DNA of 64,000 bases from an uncultured Planctomycetota bacterium (GCA_963823665.1 CAWGMQ010000007.1:800001-864000), one strand, 5' to 3'. Positions 12,201-24,367 are shown, counted from the stretch's first letter. The notes: a model not told the origin generated them from the sequence alone. Numbers and translations are program-made.

Positions 12201-15200
12201 TTGTTCGGCAACGAGGCGCAGGGCGGTGCCGGCGGCACTGGCGGCACTGGCCACGCCGAGCCGATCGGCGGCGGCGGCGGCGGGCTGCTTGGGGCAGCCG
12301 GACTGCCCCCCATCCCCGGTGCAGGCGGCGGCGGCAAGGGTGGTGGGTCGATCTTCTCTCCAGGCAGCGGCGGCTTCGGCGGCGGTGGGGGCGGCGGGGG
12401 CCTCTTCGGCGTTGTCGGCCTGGCCGGCGGAAGCGGCGGTTTCGCAGGAGGGGGAGGAGGAGGAGGAGGAGGAGGCAACCCAATTCTGCCCGGCGCCGGC
12501 GGCGGCGCCGCCGGCTACGGTGCCGGAATCGGCGGAGTCGGCGCGCCGACTGGCGACGGAGGCGGAGGCGGCGGAGGCGCCGGGCTGGGGGGCGCCGTCT
12601 TCAACGACGGCGGATCGGTCATCGTCACCAACAGCACACTGGCAGACAATAGCGCTATCGGTGGCTCTGGCGGCGCGTCGCTCCTCAGCGGGCATGCGGG
12701 CACCTCCGGAAGCGGGCTGGGCGGCGCCATCTTCAACCGGGGCGGATCGATCACCGTACTCAACTCCACTCTCGCCGACAACACGGCCAATGCCGGCGGC
12801 GCTCTCTTCGTCCTGGGCGACGGCACGTCCGGGAACGGCGCGGCCACGGTGCAAGTGATCAACACGATCCTGGCCGGCACTGGGGCCTCGGCAACCGACT
12901 ACCAGTCTGCAACGACCAGCGGCGGCTCGGTCGTCGCCAGCGGAGGCTATGACCTGATCCAGAATAACCCGGCCTCGGGCGGCTTCCCGCTCTCCTCGAC
13001 CTTGATCATCGGCCAGGATCCGATGCTCGGGACGCTGGCGCAAAACGGCGGGCCCACGCCGACGATGGCGTTGCTTCCCGGTAGCCCGGCGCTGGACACG
13101 GCCTCAGACAGTGCCGCGCCGGCGGCCGACCAGCGCGGCGGCCAGCGTGGGCCCGCCGGCCTCTACGCCGGTGCGCACGCCGATATCGGGGCGTTCGAGG
13201 ACACGTCTTCATACCTGGTTACGACCACTCTCGATAGCTTTACCGACGGCACGCTCCGCGCCGCCGTGGCGTGGGCCAACACCAGCGTCAACCCGCTAAA
13301 GGCAGGCAGCTACTCGAGCCCGTTCGTGCCGGGCGCGGCCAACATCGTGCGGTTCGACACCTCCGGGGCCTTTGCCACGGGGGGAGTCGTTGCGTTGTCG
13401 ACCATCGGCGACACGACGTACGGTCCGACAGCGTTCTCGATCACCGGGGACGTGGAGATCGATGGCCCGTCCGGAACCGGCCAGGGGGTGACGATCTCCC
13501 CGTCGAGCTTGGTGTCCAACCTGCGGTTCTTTTACGTGACGGACGCCGGGTCGTTGACCTTGCAAGACTTGACGCTTGAGGGCGGGGTGGCGCAGGGCTT
13601 TGGCGGCGGCGCCGGCGACGCGGGCGGTGGCGGCGGCGCGGCCGGACTGGGCGGGGCTGTGCTTAACCTGGGCAGGCTGGCTCTGCGGGACAGCACGCTG
13701 ACGGACAACCAGGCGATCGGCGGGTCCGGCGGCGAAGGCGGCGAGGGGCCGGCCGGGCTCGGAGGAGGTGGAGGCGGGCTGGCCGGGCCAGGCGGCACGC
13801 CCCAAGGCGGCCAGGGCGGCGGCGGAACGGGCGGCGACATCGCCGGCGGAACCGGCGGCGGCTTCGGCGGCGGTGGTGGCGGCGGCTACGGCTTCTCTCA
13901 AGGCATTCCGGGTAATCCGGGCGGGATGTTCGGCGGCGGCGGCGGGGGCAGCGGCGATAACGCGCTCGGCAACGGCCTCGGCGGCGCCGCCGGCGGCTAT
14001 GGCGCAGGTGCCGGCGGCGGCGGCGGAACCGCCGTTGTCGGTGGCGGCGGTGGTGGTGGCGGCGGCGCCGGGTTGGGCGGTGCCATCTACAGCAACGGGT
14101 ACATCGAGGTCGTCGACAGCACATTCACGGCCAATGCGGCCGTCGGTGGGACCGGCGGGGCCGCGGCGGGCAACGGTCAAGCTGGTTCAGCCGGAAGCGG
14201 ACTCGGCGGAGCCATCTTCATCCTGGGCGGGACTGCGAATTTGAACGCCGCCACGATCGCCGGTAATAGCGCCGACTCGGGAGGTGGCCTCTTTGAGCAG
14301 GGCACCTTCTTCGGCGGCTTGTTGCTGATGTACAATACGATCCTCGCCGATTCGACTGGCGGCACCGACGATTTCGATTCGGCCGGCACAGGTCTTGATC
14401 TGAACGGCAGCAACGACCTGATCCAGACCAACCCGACGTCGAATGGCTTCCCGGTCGACTCGACTTTCATTACCGGCCAGGACCCGATGCTGGGACCGCT
14501 GGCCGACAACGGTGGCCCGACCGCGACCATGGCCCTTCTCCCTGGTAGTCCGGCCATCGACGCAGGGGCCAACAACGAAGCGTACAATGGTTTTTCCATA
14601 CCAGTATCAACCGACCAGCGCGGGCAGCCGCGAATCGCCGACGGCGGCTCGGGCCAGGCGATTGTCGACATCGGGGCCTACGAGCTCAACCTCGTGCCCA
14701 CGACGATCACCTTGTCTCCTTCCGACCCGGCCCCGAGCCCCGGCGAGGCAGTGACGTTCACGGCCATCGTCTCGAGCGCTACCGGGGCGACGCCGACCGG
14801 GACGGTCCAGTTCTTCATCGACGGCAAACCCTTCGACGACCCGGTGCCGCTGGTTGGCGCCGCGGCCACGAGCGATCCCGATTCCATGCTCAGTCTGGGG
14901 CCTCACACGGTCACCGCGATGTATGTGAACGACGCTGATTTCGCCTCGGGTACCGGCACGCTGCCAGGCCCCTTCGCGGTACAGGCCGCGACCAGCACCA
15001 CGGTGGCCGCCAGCGAGGCGTCGGTCCAGTACGGCCAGGCCGTGACGTTCACGGCCACCGTCTTCGACCAGACTTTGGACGCCGGCACGCCCGACGGCAT
15101 GGTCGACTTCACCGACGCGATTACCGGGTTCGATTTCGGGACGGCCCGCCTGGTCAATGGTACGGCCGTGCTGACGGCCACACTTCCGATCGCCATCGAG

Positions 15201-18200
15201 CCGTACCAGATCGTCGCCAGTTACCTGGGCACCTCGCAGTTCTTGGCCAGCGCGTCGTCGCCGCCGGCCCCATTGGTATCTGTAGTTCCGGCCCAGACCG
15301 CGACCGTGGCCAGCGCCTCGACGGTCAGCTCGGTCTATGGCCAGCCCGTGGTCTTTTCGGCCACCGTGACCTCCGCTCTCGGCAGCCCCGGCGGATCGGT
15401 CGAGTTCGTCGACACGACGACCGGCACCGATCTCGGGTCGGCCCCGCTCGTAGATGGCACGGCGACCCTCCCCCCCATCGCCACGCTCAGCGTGGTCATG
15501 CAGGGCGACATGGCCGTGCCGCAAACGATCGCCACGACGTACCTGGGCGGCGGCAACTTCGCGGTCAGCTTCGCCACAACGAGCGTGACCGTCATGCCGA
15601 GCGCGAACGCAACCACGATTGTCGCCGCGCCCGCCAAGCCGGAGTACGGCCAGCCGATCGTGCTCTCGGCCACAGTCGCGGCCGTGTCGCCGGGGGCTGG
15701 GGTCCCGACCGGCACGATCAACTTCGTGGACACGACGACCGGAACCCTTCTCGGGTCAGCCCTCCTGGTAAACGGCGCGGCCAGCCTCGCCCCGATCTCG
15801 ACGCTCGGCGTCGGGTCGCACGCGATCACCGCCACTTACTCCGGAGATAACAACTTCTCGTCCGGCCCCGGCATGCTGAGTGTCACCGTCGTGCAGGCCG
15901 CGACGACCACCGTGGTCGTTGCCACGCCCGATCCCGCGGTCTACGGGCAAACCGTTTTCGTCCAGGCTACGGTCACCACCGACGCCGCCAGCACGGCCAC
16001 GCCGGCCGGCACGGTGCAGTTTGAGATCGATGGCGTCAACTACGGCAGCCCCGTCTCCCTGGTCGGCGGCAGCGCCGGCATTCCGGTCAGTTCGCTCACA
16101 TTGGGTCGTCACACGGTCGCCGCAAGCTTCGTTGGAAACGGCGGATTCGTCTCCAGTTCGGGCGCGATCGCCGGCGGCTTGCCCGTCCGGGCCAGCACCA
16201 CGACCACGATCACCGCATCGGCGGCCACGATCGCGGCAGGCCGGCCGCTAACCTTCACAGCCCACGTGACGACCAACCCAACGGGCGTCGACACGCCGGG
16301 CGGCACGGTCAGCTTCATCGATACCTCGGTCGGCCTGACCACTCTGGGGGTCGCGACCTTGTTCAATGGTGTTGCCACGTTCATTCCGGCGACCCCGCTC
16401 GGGATCGGCGTGCACACCATCGTTGCGGTCTACAGCGGAGATTCGACCGATCTGGGCAGCACAAGCTCCTCGCTCGGGGCGATCTCACCCATCACCACCG
16501 TCGCCGGTGACGGCGCGTTGGATACACTCGGGGATGGCGGCCCGGCGACCACGGCGGCGATCGCCGGGCCGGGCGGGGTGGCGGTGGACCCCTCGGGCGA
16601 CCTGTTCATCGCCGATACGGGCAACAACCGGGTGCGGATGGTCAGCCCCCAGGGTGTGATCACGATCGTGACGGCCAACGTGAACGGGCCGACGGGTCTG
16701 GCGGTCGACGCCCGAGGCGACCTGTTCATCGCCGACACCGGCGATAACCGGGTCCTGGAGGTGTATATCGACCCCGCCACCGGCGCGATCTCCCCGGCGA
16801 GCGTGATCGGTGTCGTGGCCGGCACCGGGACGCCCGGCTATTCCGGGGATGGCGGCCCGGCCACCGCCGCCGCGCTCAACCGGCCAACGGGAGTGGCTGT
16901 CGATGCAGAGGGCGATCTGTTCATCGCTGATAATGGCAACAACGCGATTCGAGAGGTCAGCCCTTCGGGCGTCATCACCACAGTCCAGGCCGGCATCGCT
17001 TCCCCGTCCGGCATCGCGGTCGACGCCCTGGGTAATCTTTATCTGACCCAGTCTGGCGGCGGTGTGGTCACCGAGGTGACCGCCGCAGGTACGCGCTCGA
17101 CGTTCGCATCCGGATTCAGCTCAACGGGGGGCGTTGCGGTCGACGCCCTGGGAAACGTCTACGTCGCCGATTCCGGCAGCAACCGGGTCTTCGAGGTCAG
17201 CCCCCGGGCGCGATCACGACCGCGGCCGGGACCGGGACCGGGACGGCGAGCTTCGCGGGGGACGGCGGCCCGGCCACCGCCGCGGCGCTCGACGGGCCGT
17301 CGGCCGTCGCCGTCGACTCGTTCGGCAAGCTGTTCATCGCCGACGCCGGCAACAACCGGGTCCGCGTGGTGGGAACAGACATAAACCACACGATCCAAAG
17401 CGTGGCCGGCAGCGGCAGCGCCAGTTACGCCGGCGACGGCGGCCAGGCGACTGACGCCAGCCTGGATCAGCCATACGGTTCCGCAGTCGACGCCCGGGGC
17501 GACCTGTTTATCGTCGACGCCGGCGACAATGTGATCCGCGAGGTCAGCCCAAGTGGCGTGATCACCACGGTCGCCGGCGACGGCGTCGCGGGCTTCTCCG
17601 GCGACGGCGGCCCGGCCACTCGCGCCGAGTTGTCCGATCCCACGGCGGTCGCCGTCGACTCAGCCGGCGACCTGTACATCGCCGACTTCGGCAACAACCG
17701 CGTGCGCATGGTCAGCCCTTCGGGTGTGATCACCACCATCGCCGGCAACGGCACGTTTGGCGACAGCGGTGACAATGGCCCGGCCACGGCCGCAGCGATC
17801 TCCGGCCCGGCCGGCATCGCGGTGGACGCCGCCGGGGACGTCTTCCTCACCGACCCGTTCCATGGCCTGGTCCGCAAGGTCAGCCCCTCGGGCGTGATCA
17901 CCACCGTCGCCGGCGGCGGAGAACCTGGCGTCCTGGGCGACGGCGGCCCGGCAACTGACGCGACCCTCACAGACCCCGAAGGCATCGCGGTGGACGCCTT
18001 CGGCGATCTGTTCATCGCGGATTTCGGCGCCAGCCGGATTCGCGAGGTCAACAACGTTGGGATCATCACCACCGTGGCCGGAAGCGGCATCGCCGGTTAT
18101 GCCGGCGACGGCGGCCCGGCAGCGGCCGGATCCGCCCAGCTCAACTTGCCGTCTGGCGTCGCGGTCGACGCGGCGGGCAACTTGTTCATCGCCGACACCT

Positions 18201-21010
18201 TTAATCGCGTCATCCGCGGCGTCGCCCCGGACGGCGCAATCTCAACGGTCGCCGGCAACGGCGCCCCCATTTACTTCGGCGACGGCGGCCCGGCGCTCGA
18301 CGCCTCGTTCGACAGCCCGGCGAGCGTCGCGACCGACTCCGCCGGCGACCTGTTCATCGCCGACCCGGCCGAAGGTCGCATCCGAAGGGTCGCCAACGGC
18401 ATCACTGTGACGATCGCGGGCATGGCGCCTTCGAGCGTGTACGTCGCCCCCGCCTACGCCAGCGACGCGCCTTTGACGCCGGTCGTCTGGAGCGACGGCA
18501 GCACGCATTACGTGGGCGTCGACGCTTTTGGAACGATCCAGGATGCGATCAACGCCGTCGCCTCAAGCGGTACGGTGAATGTCGCCAGCGGCACCTATAC
18601 CGAGCAGCTCAAAATCAACGAGAGCTTGAGCATTCTGGGCGCGGGCGCGTCCTCCACCACGATCCAGACGCCCGCCAGCGCAAGTGGCAACGAGATCGAG
18701 ATCAAAAGCGGCGTCACCGTCACGATGTCCGGCTTGAGCATGGACGGCGCCGGCAGCTCGACCGCGATCGACTCAAACGGTGCCGATCTCGTGGCCATCG
18801 GCATCGCCATCACCGGGTACAACGTCGGCGTTTCCGTCGAGAACGGCGGTGCCGCCACCATCACTGCCAGCACAATCAGCAACGCGAACACCGCCATCCT
18901 GGCCGGCTCGGGATCAAACGATACCGCGACCCTCGCGGCCAACAACGACAGCTTCGCGGGCGACCCGGTCGGCATCCAGAACAACCAGACAACGGGGCTG
19001 CTCACCGCCATGTCGGACTGGTGGGGCACCAGCACGGGCCCAACTAATGCCAGCAACCCCGAGGGCACCGGCGCGAAAGTAGTCGGCAGCGTCAACTTCA
19101 GCCCCTGGCTGGGCGACGCCAAGATCGTCGCACCCGATTACCTGGTTTTCCTCGCAACGGCTGGAAATGCCTTCGTCGTGACGCCAAGCGCCAGCGACAC
19201 GCTCCTGGGTGTCAGCCTGAGCGGCAGGCCTGTCGGCACGATCACGGGCGGCGGCACGATTTCGTTCGACGGCACAGCCGCAACCGTCACCATCAACGGC
19301 GAGTCCGAGCCCGGCAGCACAAACGTATTCACCATCCAGAATACGTCGGTCCAGTATAGCGCCGCTTATGCCCTGACGGGCACGACGATCAACTTCCTCG
19401 GAACCGGCATGAGTCGATACGTCGATGCCGGTGGAACCACCAACACGTTCAACATCCGGGGTTCCGGCGCCAGCGGACCATCCGGAAGTCTGATCGGCGA
19501 CTCGGGCGCAAATGCGTTCGTCTTCAGCGGCTCCTCGAAGCTCAACGGCGGCATTCAAGGCGCTGGCGCAAGCACGCTGAATTTCGCGTCCTACTCGAGC
19601 GCGGTGAAGGTGAACCTCGGGAATGGCACGAACGGAACGGCCACAGGCGTCAGCGGCAAAGTCGCGGGCATCAACGCCCTCGTCGGTAGCAACTTCAACG
19701 ACACATTGAATGCGGGCGCCGTGCCCAGTGTCGCGCTCACCGGAGGATTGGGCACCAACACTTTGAGCGGCACAGGCACCGGCGACAGCGTCGTCGAATC
19801 GCTCGCGTCGACCTACACGCTGACCAACACCAAGTTGACCGGGACCGGCGCCGGGTTCACCGACAATCTAACCGGCATCACGATCGCACATCTGACCGGC
19901 GCCAGCACCACCAGCAATGCCTTCACTGTCAGCGGCTGGACCGGGAGCGGGACATTGTCGGCTCCGGCGGGCACCGGTACGGTCACCGCGAGCAAGATCG
20001 CCGGCTACACTCTCTTGAGCACGTCCCTGTCCTCCACCGATAAAATGACGCTCGGCTTGAGCGGAATCACGACCGCCAACCTCACCGACACCGGCAAAAC
20101 CCACACATTCACCATCACCGGCTGGACCGGGAGCGGAACGCTAAAGGGTGCCACAGAAAACCTGGTTGATAGCGTAGCGACCAGCGTCGTGCTCGCCAGC
20201 ACGTCCCTGGCAGTGACAGGTCTGCCGAAGTTGACCCTTAGCGGGTTCACGACGGCCAACCTGGCTGACACCGCGGGTGGAAACACCTTCACCGTCAGCG
20301 GCTGGACCGGCAGAGGTTCGCTCACGGACAGTGCAGCCACCGCCGACACCGTGACAGCCAGCAAGCGCGCCGGGTACACCCTGACCAACTCTCTCCTGTC
20401 CTCCACCGATGGCATGACGCTCAGCTTGAGCGGGATCACGACCGGCAACCTCACGGTCACGGCCACAACGGGCAGCCCCTCATACATCGTCGACGCCAGT
20501 GCGTTCACGGGCGTCACCAACCTGACCGCGGGCGGGACCGTGAACGCAGTTCTATTTGGAGGTTCTGCCAATGGCGGCACTCTGAGCGCAACCGGTTCGG
20601 GCAATGACGTGCTGATCGGTGGGGCGGGTAAGTCCACGCTCACCGACAAGGGGACAGGTTACAATATCCTGATCGGTGGGCCAGGTGCCGACACCCTCAC
20701 GGGCAACGGCAACGACATCCTGATCGGCGGGACCACCAGCTATGACAGCAATACAGTCGCGAACATCGCGGCGCTCGACGCCATCCTGGCCGAATGGTCT
20801 TCGAGCGATTCCTATTCGCTGCGAATCAGCAAGATCATGAACGGAGTTGCCCCCGGCGGCACGGACGCCCTCAATTCGTCGACGTGCCAGTCAGACGGCG
20901 TTGCCAACACGGTGAGCGATGGGGCTGCATCGATGCAGAACAACTGGTTCATCGTGACTTTGAAGGACAAGTTGACAAAGAAGACCAACGAAACAGTCAC
21001 CATCGTCTGA
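3..21010 (+). CDS. Giant repetitive exported/surface protein (adhesin-like), >7000 aa, 5' end outside the window; split by apparent frameshifts at ~2287, ~2372, ~9910 and ~17204
   Basis: Frame is open from base 3. ORFs 48-3089, 2458-9972, 9969-17384 and 17366-21010 join into continuous Thr/Gly/Ser-rich sequence when single bases are restored. For example, at 9910 'tccgcggcgcgctcttc' matches 'gccggcggcgccctcttc' in the parallel repeat copy. Confidence 0.85.
6001..7490 (+). repeat. Five tandem Ig-like (Big_3-type) domains
   Basis: ~95 aa units 'TTT.......P..YGQ.V.FTATV......PTG.V.F.D......LG...L.NG.A.L....L..G.H.ITA.Y'. Confidence 0.8.
7490..14690 (+). repeat. Five ~1.44 kb CSLREA / choice-of-anchor-Q beta-helix modules with long Gly-rich inserts
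   Basis: Units start at ~7500, 8870, 10320, 11760 and 13205 with 'SLREAI/TLR.A.', contain 'GGGGAGLGGA.FN.GG' and end 'LG.L..NGG.T.T..LL.GSP....DQRG...DIGA.E'. Confidence 0.8.
14695..16480 (+). repeat. Six further tandem Ig-like (Big_3-type) domains
   Basis: Same consensus as 6001-7490. Confidence 0.8.
16490..18400 (+). repeat. NHL-repeat beta-propeller region
   Basis: Repeated 'GDGGPAT.A.L..P.G.AVD..GDLFIAD.GNNR.R.VSP.G.ITTVAG'. Confidence 0.85.
20590..21010 (+). other. C-terminal RTX-like Gly/Asp repeats and terminal module of the giant protein
   Basis: 'GNDVLIGGAG..TL', 'NILIGGPGADTLTG', 'GNDILIGG' followed by 'AALDAILAEWSS...RISKI'. Confidence 0.65.
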
Positions 21011-21458
21011 TCGCGGGCTCGGAGAACGACGGCCGCACGCGCTCGGCCGCCCACGCAAGCAGACCCCGTCGATATTCATCTTCGAAGAGCGCCGACTCTT
21101 CACAGCCAGGGTCCGGTTGCTCCTCGATCAGCTTCTGGATATCGGTTTCGCCAGTGCCTCGCGGATGCCTGCGCTGGGCGACCAGGAGGTTCACGATCAG
21201 GTTGCTCGCGATGCGGGAGAGCCACCCGCGAAACGACCCCCGGCTCCGGTCCGTGTCGAATCGGTCAATCGCCCGAGCGACGGAGCGAAAGACGTCTTGA
21301 ACGAGGTCCTGAGCGTCGGCTTCCTGCAGCCCTCGCCGTTTCGCAAGTCGATACGCCAGAGGACCATAGATCTCGGTGAACTCGCACCACGCTTGCTCGT
21401 CATTGCGGTCGCGCAGGCGAACGAGCAAGCTCGGATGCGTCGCGGGTGCGTCGGTCAT
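20997..21458 (-). pseudogene. ECF sigma-70 factor truncated before region 4
   Basis: MTDAPATHPSLLVRLRD..EQAWCEFTEIYGPL...DAQDLVQDVF...GSFRGWL..IA.N with a strong GGAGGAGG RBS (21467-21476). Reading ends at 'FSEPA' where it runs into the stop codon of the giant gene. Confidence 0.8.
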
Positions 21459-21874
21459 TCGATGATCTCCTCCTCCTGCATTCACAGTCGGAGGGCGAAG
21501 ATTTGAACGGGAAATCCGAGAATTCGCCCCGGCGAGTGCCTGCGTTGCCCAATGGCGACCAACGTACCGCCGCCGATGCCGCGACAGTTTGGACGCGAGG
21601 TACTGCCAAACCGCCATCGTCGAATACACCGGCCGCCTCTTCCGTGACGGCAATGCAGTCACCTCGGCCGAGCGCACGGCCCAAAAAGGCGCCCATTTGC
21701 CGCATTGACGCTTTTTGAAGTTTCGGCAAAGATCCCCGCCTCTCTTGCTCGCTCGGAAATTGATCCGGTGCGGCATCGACGAGAGAGTGGGGACAAGGAT
21801 CGTCTCCACCGCGGCTGCGACCGTCGCCTGCTCCCCCGACCGGAGCTGGCATCGACAAGACAGGGGGGACAACG

Positions 21875-22927
21875 ATGTCCAATGATTCGTGCCACAGGTC
21901 ACGCCATCGCAGGCTCATCCAGGTCGAGCTGCTCGAGAGCCGCGCGCTTCTGAGCGCGAACTCGGCGTCCTCTACGGAAAGGTATCTGCTCATCACCCCA
22001 TCGAGCCAGTATGTGAACCAGCAGCAGGGTTCGTTCACGGTTACCCTGACTCTGACGCAAGCGCAGCTCGTAGGGCACGTGGTGGCCGCAGGGGGGCACA
22101 CGCCTGCTGCGCTCGATGAGCCGGTGACCGTCGACTTCAGTGCGTCGCTCGAAGGGACCAGCGCCGGGCCCACGCCGGCCGCGAGTCCATTTTTCGCGCC
22201 CTTTAACGAGCCGGTCACATTCCCGGCGGGCGTATCGACCGAAACGGTCACCGTCCCGATCATATCGACCGCGGCCACGACTGGCTCGGAGACGATCTCG
22301 CTCTCGGCGACGACGACCTCCTCGTCTGTAACAACCATCGTGCCGGCGAATTCTAGAGGCGGCTTGCCGACGGCACTCCTGACTTGGGTAGATCTCTACA
22401 GCACCCCGGACGCTGTCCCACCGACGATCACAGGCGTTCAATTGGTGACACATGGCCAGCGTGCGTCAGCCGTCGTGCTCGACTTCAGCAAACCGATGGA
22501 CCCGGCGACTGTCGAGAATATCCACAATTATCGGATTCTGTCGCCGCCCACTACGATCCAACATGGCGGCGGTTTTGAATTCTCGTTTCAGGACGGGCCG
22601 GGTTCGTACCAGTCGACAACCACAGAATACCGATCCTTTCCCATTGCGGCGGCGACGTACGATCCCTCGACAAACGCGGTCACCTTGACGCTGAAGCGTC
22701 CCGTCACGGCGTCGAAGCTGTACCAAGTCTCCAGCGCGTACCCACTCAGAGGACATATCCTTCTCGATCTGCAAGGGCAGCCGCTTCTTCAAGGGTCGTC
22801 CACCGCCACGACGAAGTTTACCGGGGGATTTTCCGTCGGAGTCCGCGGAGTGATCGCCCCGACCCCGTGGGCTCCCGGCGCGCTCAAGTCCACCACGGGA
22901 GGTGTTCAAAACTGGTTTTCCGGTTAA
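21875..22927 (+). CDS. Exported protein with planctomycete N-terminal motif and a Calx-beta-like segment
   Basis: 'RRLIQVELLESRALLS'; 'VTVDFS...EPVTFPAGVSTETVTVPII'; 'VVLDFSKPMDPATVENIHNY'. Confidence 0.75.
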   Translation: MSNDSCHRSRHRRLIQVELLESRALLSANSASSTERYLLITPSSQYVNQQQGSFTVTLTLTQAQLVGHVVAAGGHTPAALDEPVTVDFSASLEGTSAGPTPAASPFFAPFNEPVTFPAGVSTETVTVPIISTAATTGSETISLSATTTSSSVTTIVPANSRGGLPTALLTWVDLYSTPDAVPPTITGVQLVTHGQRASAVVLDFSKPMDPATVENIHNYRILSPPTTIQHGGGFEFSFQDGPGSYQSTTTEYRSFPIAAATYDPSTNAVTLTLKRPVTASKLYQVSSAYPLRGHILLDLQGQPLLQGSSTATTKFTGGFSVGVRGVIAPTPWAPGALKSTTGGVQNWFSG

Positions 22928-23085
22928 CCGCCAAGTTGCGCAGTCCGCGGCAGCCGCTCCGCGCCAACCAGATCCGCCAACGCCGACCCCGAATCACGAC
23001 GGATGTCGCATGCTTCGTCGAGCCTTCTTCCGCGAGGTTGCGTTCGATTGCCCCCTTTCAACCAAACGGAATCTCGGCCTTCGCG

Positions 23086-23203
23086 GAAAGAGGGGACATA
23101 GCGATTATTGCTTGATGCGAGCAGTCAACTGCATGATTTATCGCAGGTGAGGACCGCAGCCACGTGCGGCTCATGCGAAAAAGGGGACATACCGAATATT
23201 GCG
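23086..23203 (+). repeat. Two copies of a RAYT-flanking motif (AAAGGGGACATA.CGA.TATTGC)
   Basis: GAAAGAGGGGACATAGCGATTATTGC at 23086; GAAAAAGGGGACATACCGAATATTGC at 23177. Confidence 0.75.
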
Positions 23204-23234
23204 AGTCCTTCCGAGCGGATGATAGGATTTATGA

Positions 23235-23900
23235 ATGAATCGAACCGCACGAGCATCTGTGGCTGATACGTGGTACCACGTTCTGAATCGTGGAAATCGC
23301 CGAGAAGCCGTGTTCCACAAGGCGGCTGATTACGATGCGTTAGTACAGACCGTGGTTGACGGTCAATCGCGCTTCGCAGTGGACATTCTGGGCTATTGTC
23401 TGATGCCAAATCACTTTCATCTGATACTTCGAACTCACGCTGATGGTGACCTTGGGCGCTGGATGCAGTGGCTGCTCACTGCGCATGCTCGCCGATATCA
23501 TAGCCATTAATATACGTCCGGCCATGTACGGGAGGGGCGATTCAAGGCGTCCCCAATCCAAGACGATGAACACTTGGTGTCTGTGCTGCGGTACGTCGAG
23601 CGCAATGCACTTCGGGCAGAGTTAGTTCAGCGCGCGGAGGATTGGAAGTGGTCGAGCGCGGGCGGCTGGTTGCGTGATGAGACGCTTCTATGGGGCGGCT
23701 TACCGCCAATCCGGGATGAAGAGTGGCTCGATCGAGTGAACGAGTCGCTGTCTGCAAGTGATCTAAAGCGGCTTCGGCTCTCTGTCGAGCGCGGGCGTCC
23801 ATACGGCGATGACACGTGGACCGCCGCGACCGTCGCGCGCCTGGGGCTCGAATCCACGCCCCGTTCGAGAGGCCGACCGCCAAAAAGGGGATGCTGGTGA
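23235..23900 (+). pseudogene. REP-associated tyrosine transposase (RAYT / Y1_Tnp, IS200-like HUH), in-frame TAA at 23508-23510
   Basis: 'YHVLNRGNRREAVF', HUH motif 'YCLMPNHFHL', then in the same frame 'GHV.EGRFKA.PIQDDEHL..VLRYVERNALRA.LV..AEDWKWSS' and a C-terminal 'RGRP'. Confidence 0.88.
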
Positions 23901-23917
23901 CAGTGGCCGTCTCTCCT

Positions 23918-24241
23918 AAAGAGGATCATTCGCGAACTGCGTTTCTCGGATCCCAGATTTCAACGTTATCGCCGTATACCCGATTCAAAGTTCGAGAACG
24001 GCGAGTAATCTGCTATGTCCCCTTTTTCAAAGACGATCATTCGCGAACGGTATTTCTCTGATCCTAGGTATAAACGTCATCGCCGTAACACTCCATTGCT
24101 CAGAGTTCGAGAACGGCGAGTAATGTGCTATGACCCTTTTATGCGGGCTGCCTTTCACCGACCCAGCGGTTAGAGGCCATAGACTCAAAGGCGACTGATT
24201 ATCATTCGAGAGCGACGAATAATTCGCTATGTCCCATTTTC
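23918..24241 (+). repeat. Two ~112 bp direct repeats plus a third motif copy, each ending in the inverted form of the upstream motif
   Basis: Units at 23918-24028 and 24029-24142 ('AAAGA.GATCATTCGCGAAC...GTTCGAGAACGGCGAGTAAT.TGCTATG.CCC.TTT'); third 'GAATAATTCGCTATGTCCCATTTT' at ~24217-24240. Confidence 0.8.
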
Positions 24242-24367
24242 TGGCCTTTCTCGGATCACCCTGAATCCAGAAGTCGGCAACGGCAGGACAGCTGCCGGAC
24301 CGTCGGCGTTCCAGCGTCCGTCGGGCTGCACTTGGACCGCTCCCCAACTAGCTGTGAGTGGGTGCCT

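Noticed and set aside
12447..12476. (GGA)7 microsatellite as a phase-variation or G-quadruplex element
   Set aside because: In-frame triplet run encoding poly-Gly; slippage would not switch expression.
7960..14200. Mycobacterial PE-PGRS gene or collagen
   Set aside because: No PE domain and no Gly-X-Y periodicity; the Gly tracts are inserts in beta-helix modules.
17204..17366. Programmed ribosomal frameshifting at giant-gene junctions
   Set aside because: No consistent slippery heptamer or downstream structure; parallel repeat copies show a simple missing base.
246..20649. Many long antisense and alternate-frame ORFs over the giant gene (also over the CHAT, PSD1 and RND genes)
   Set aside because: Shadow ORFs expected from high GC and repetitive codons; Arg/Pro/Ala-rich with no motifs.
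23918..24241. CRISPR array
   Set aside because: Units are ~112-bp degenerate duplications without unique spacers between identical repeats, and no cas genes are present.
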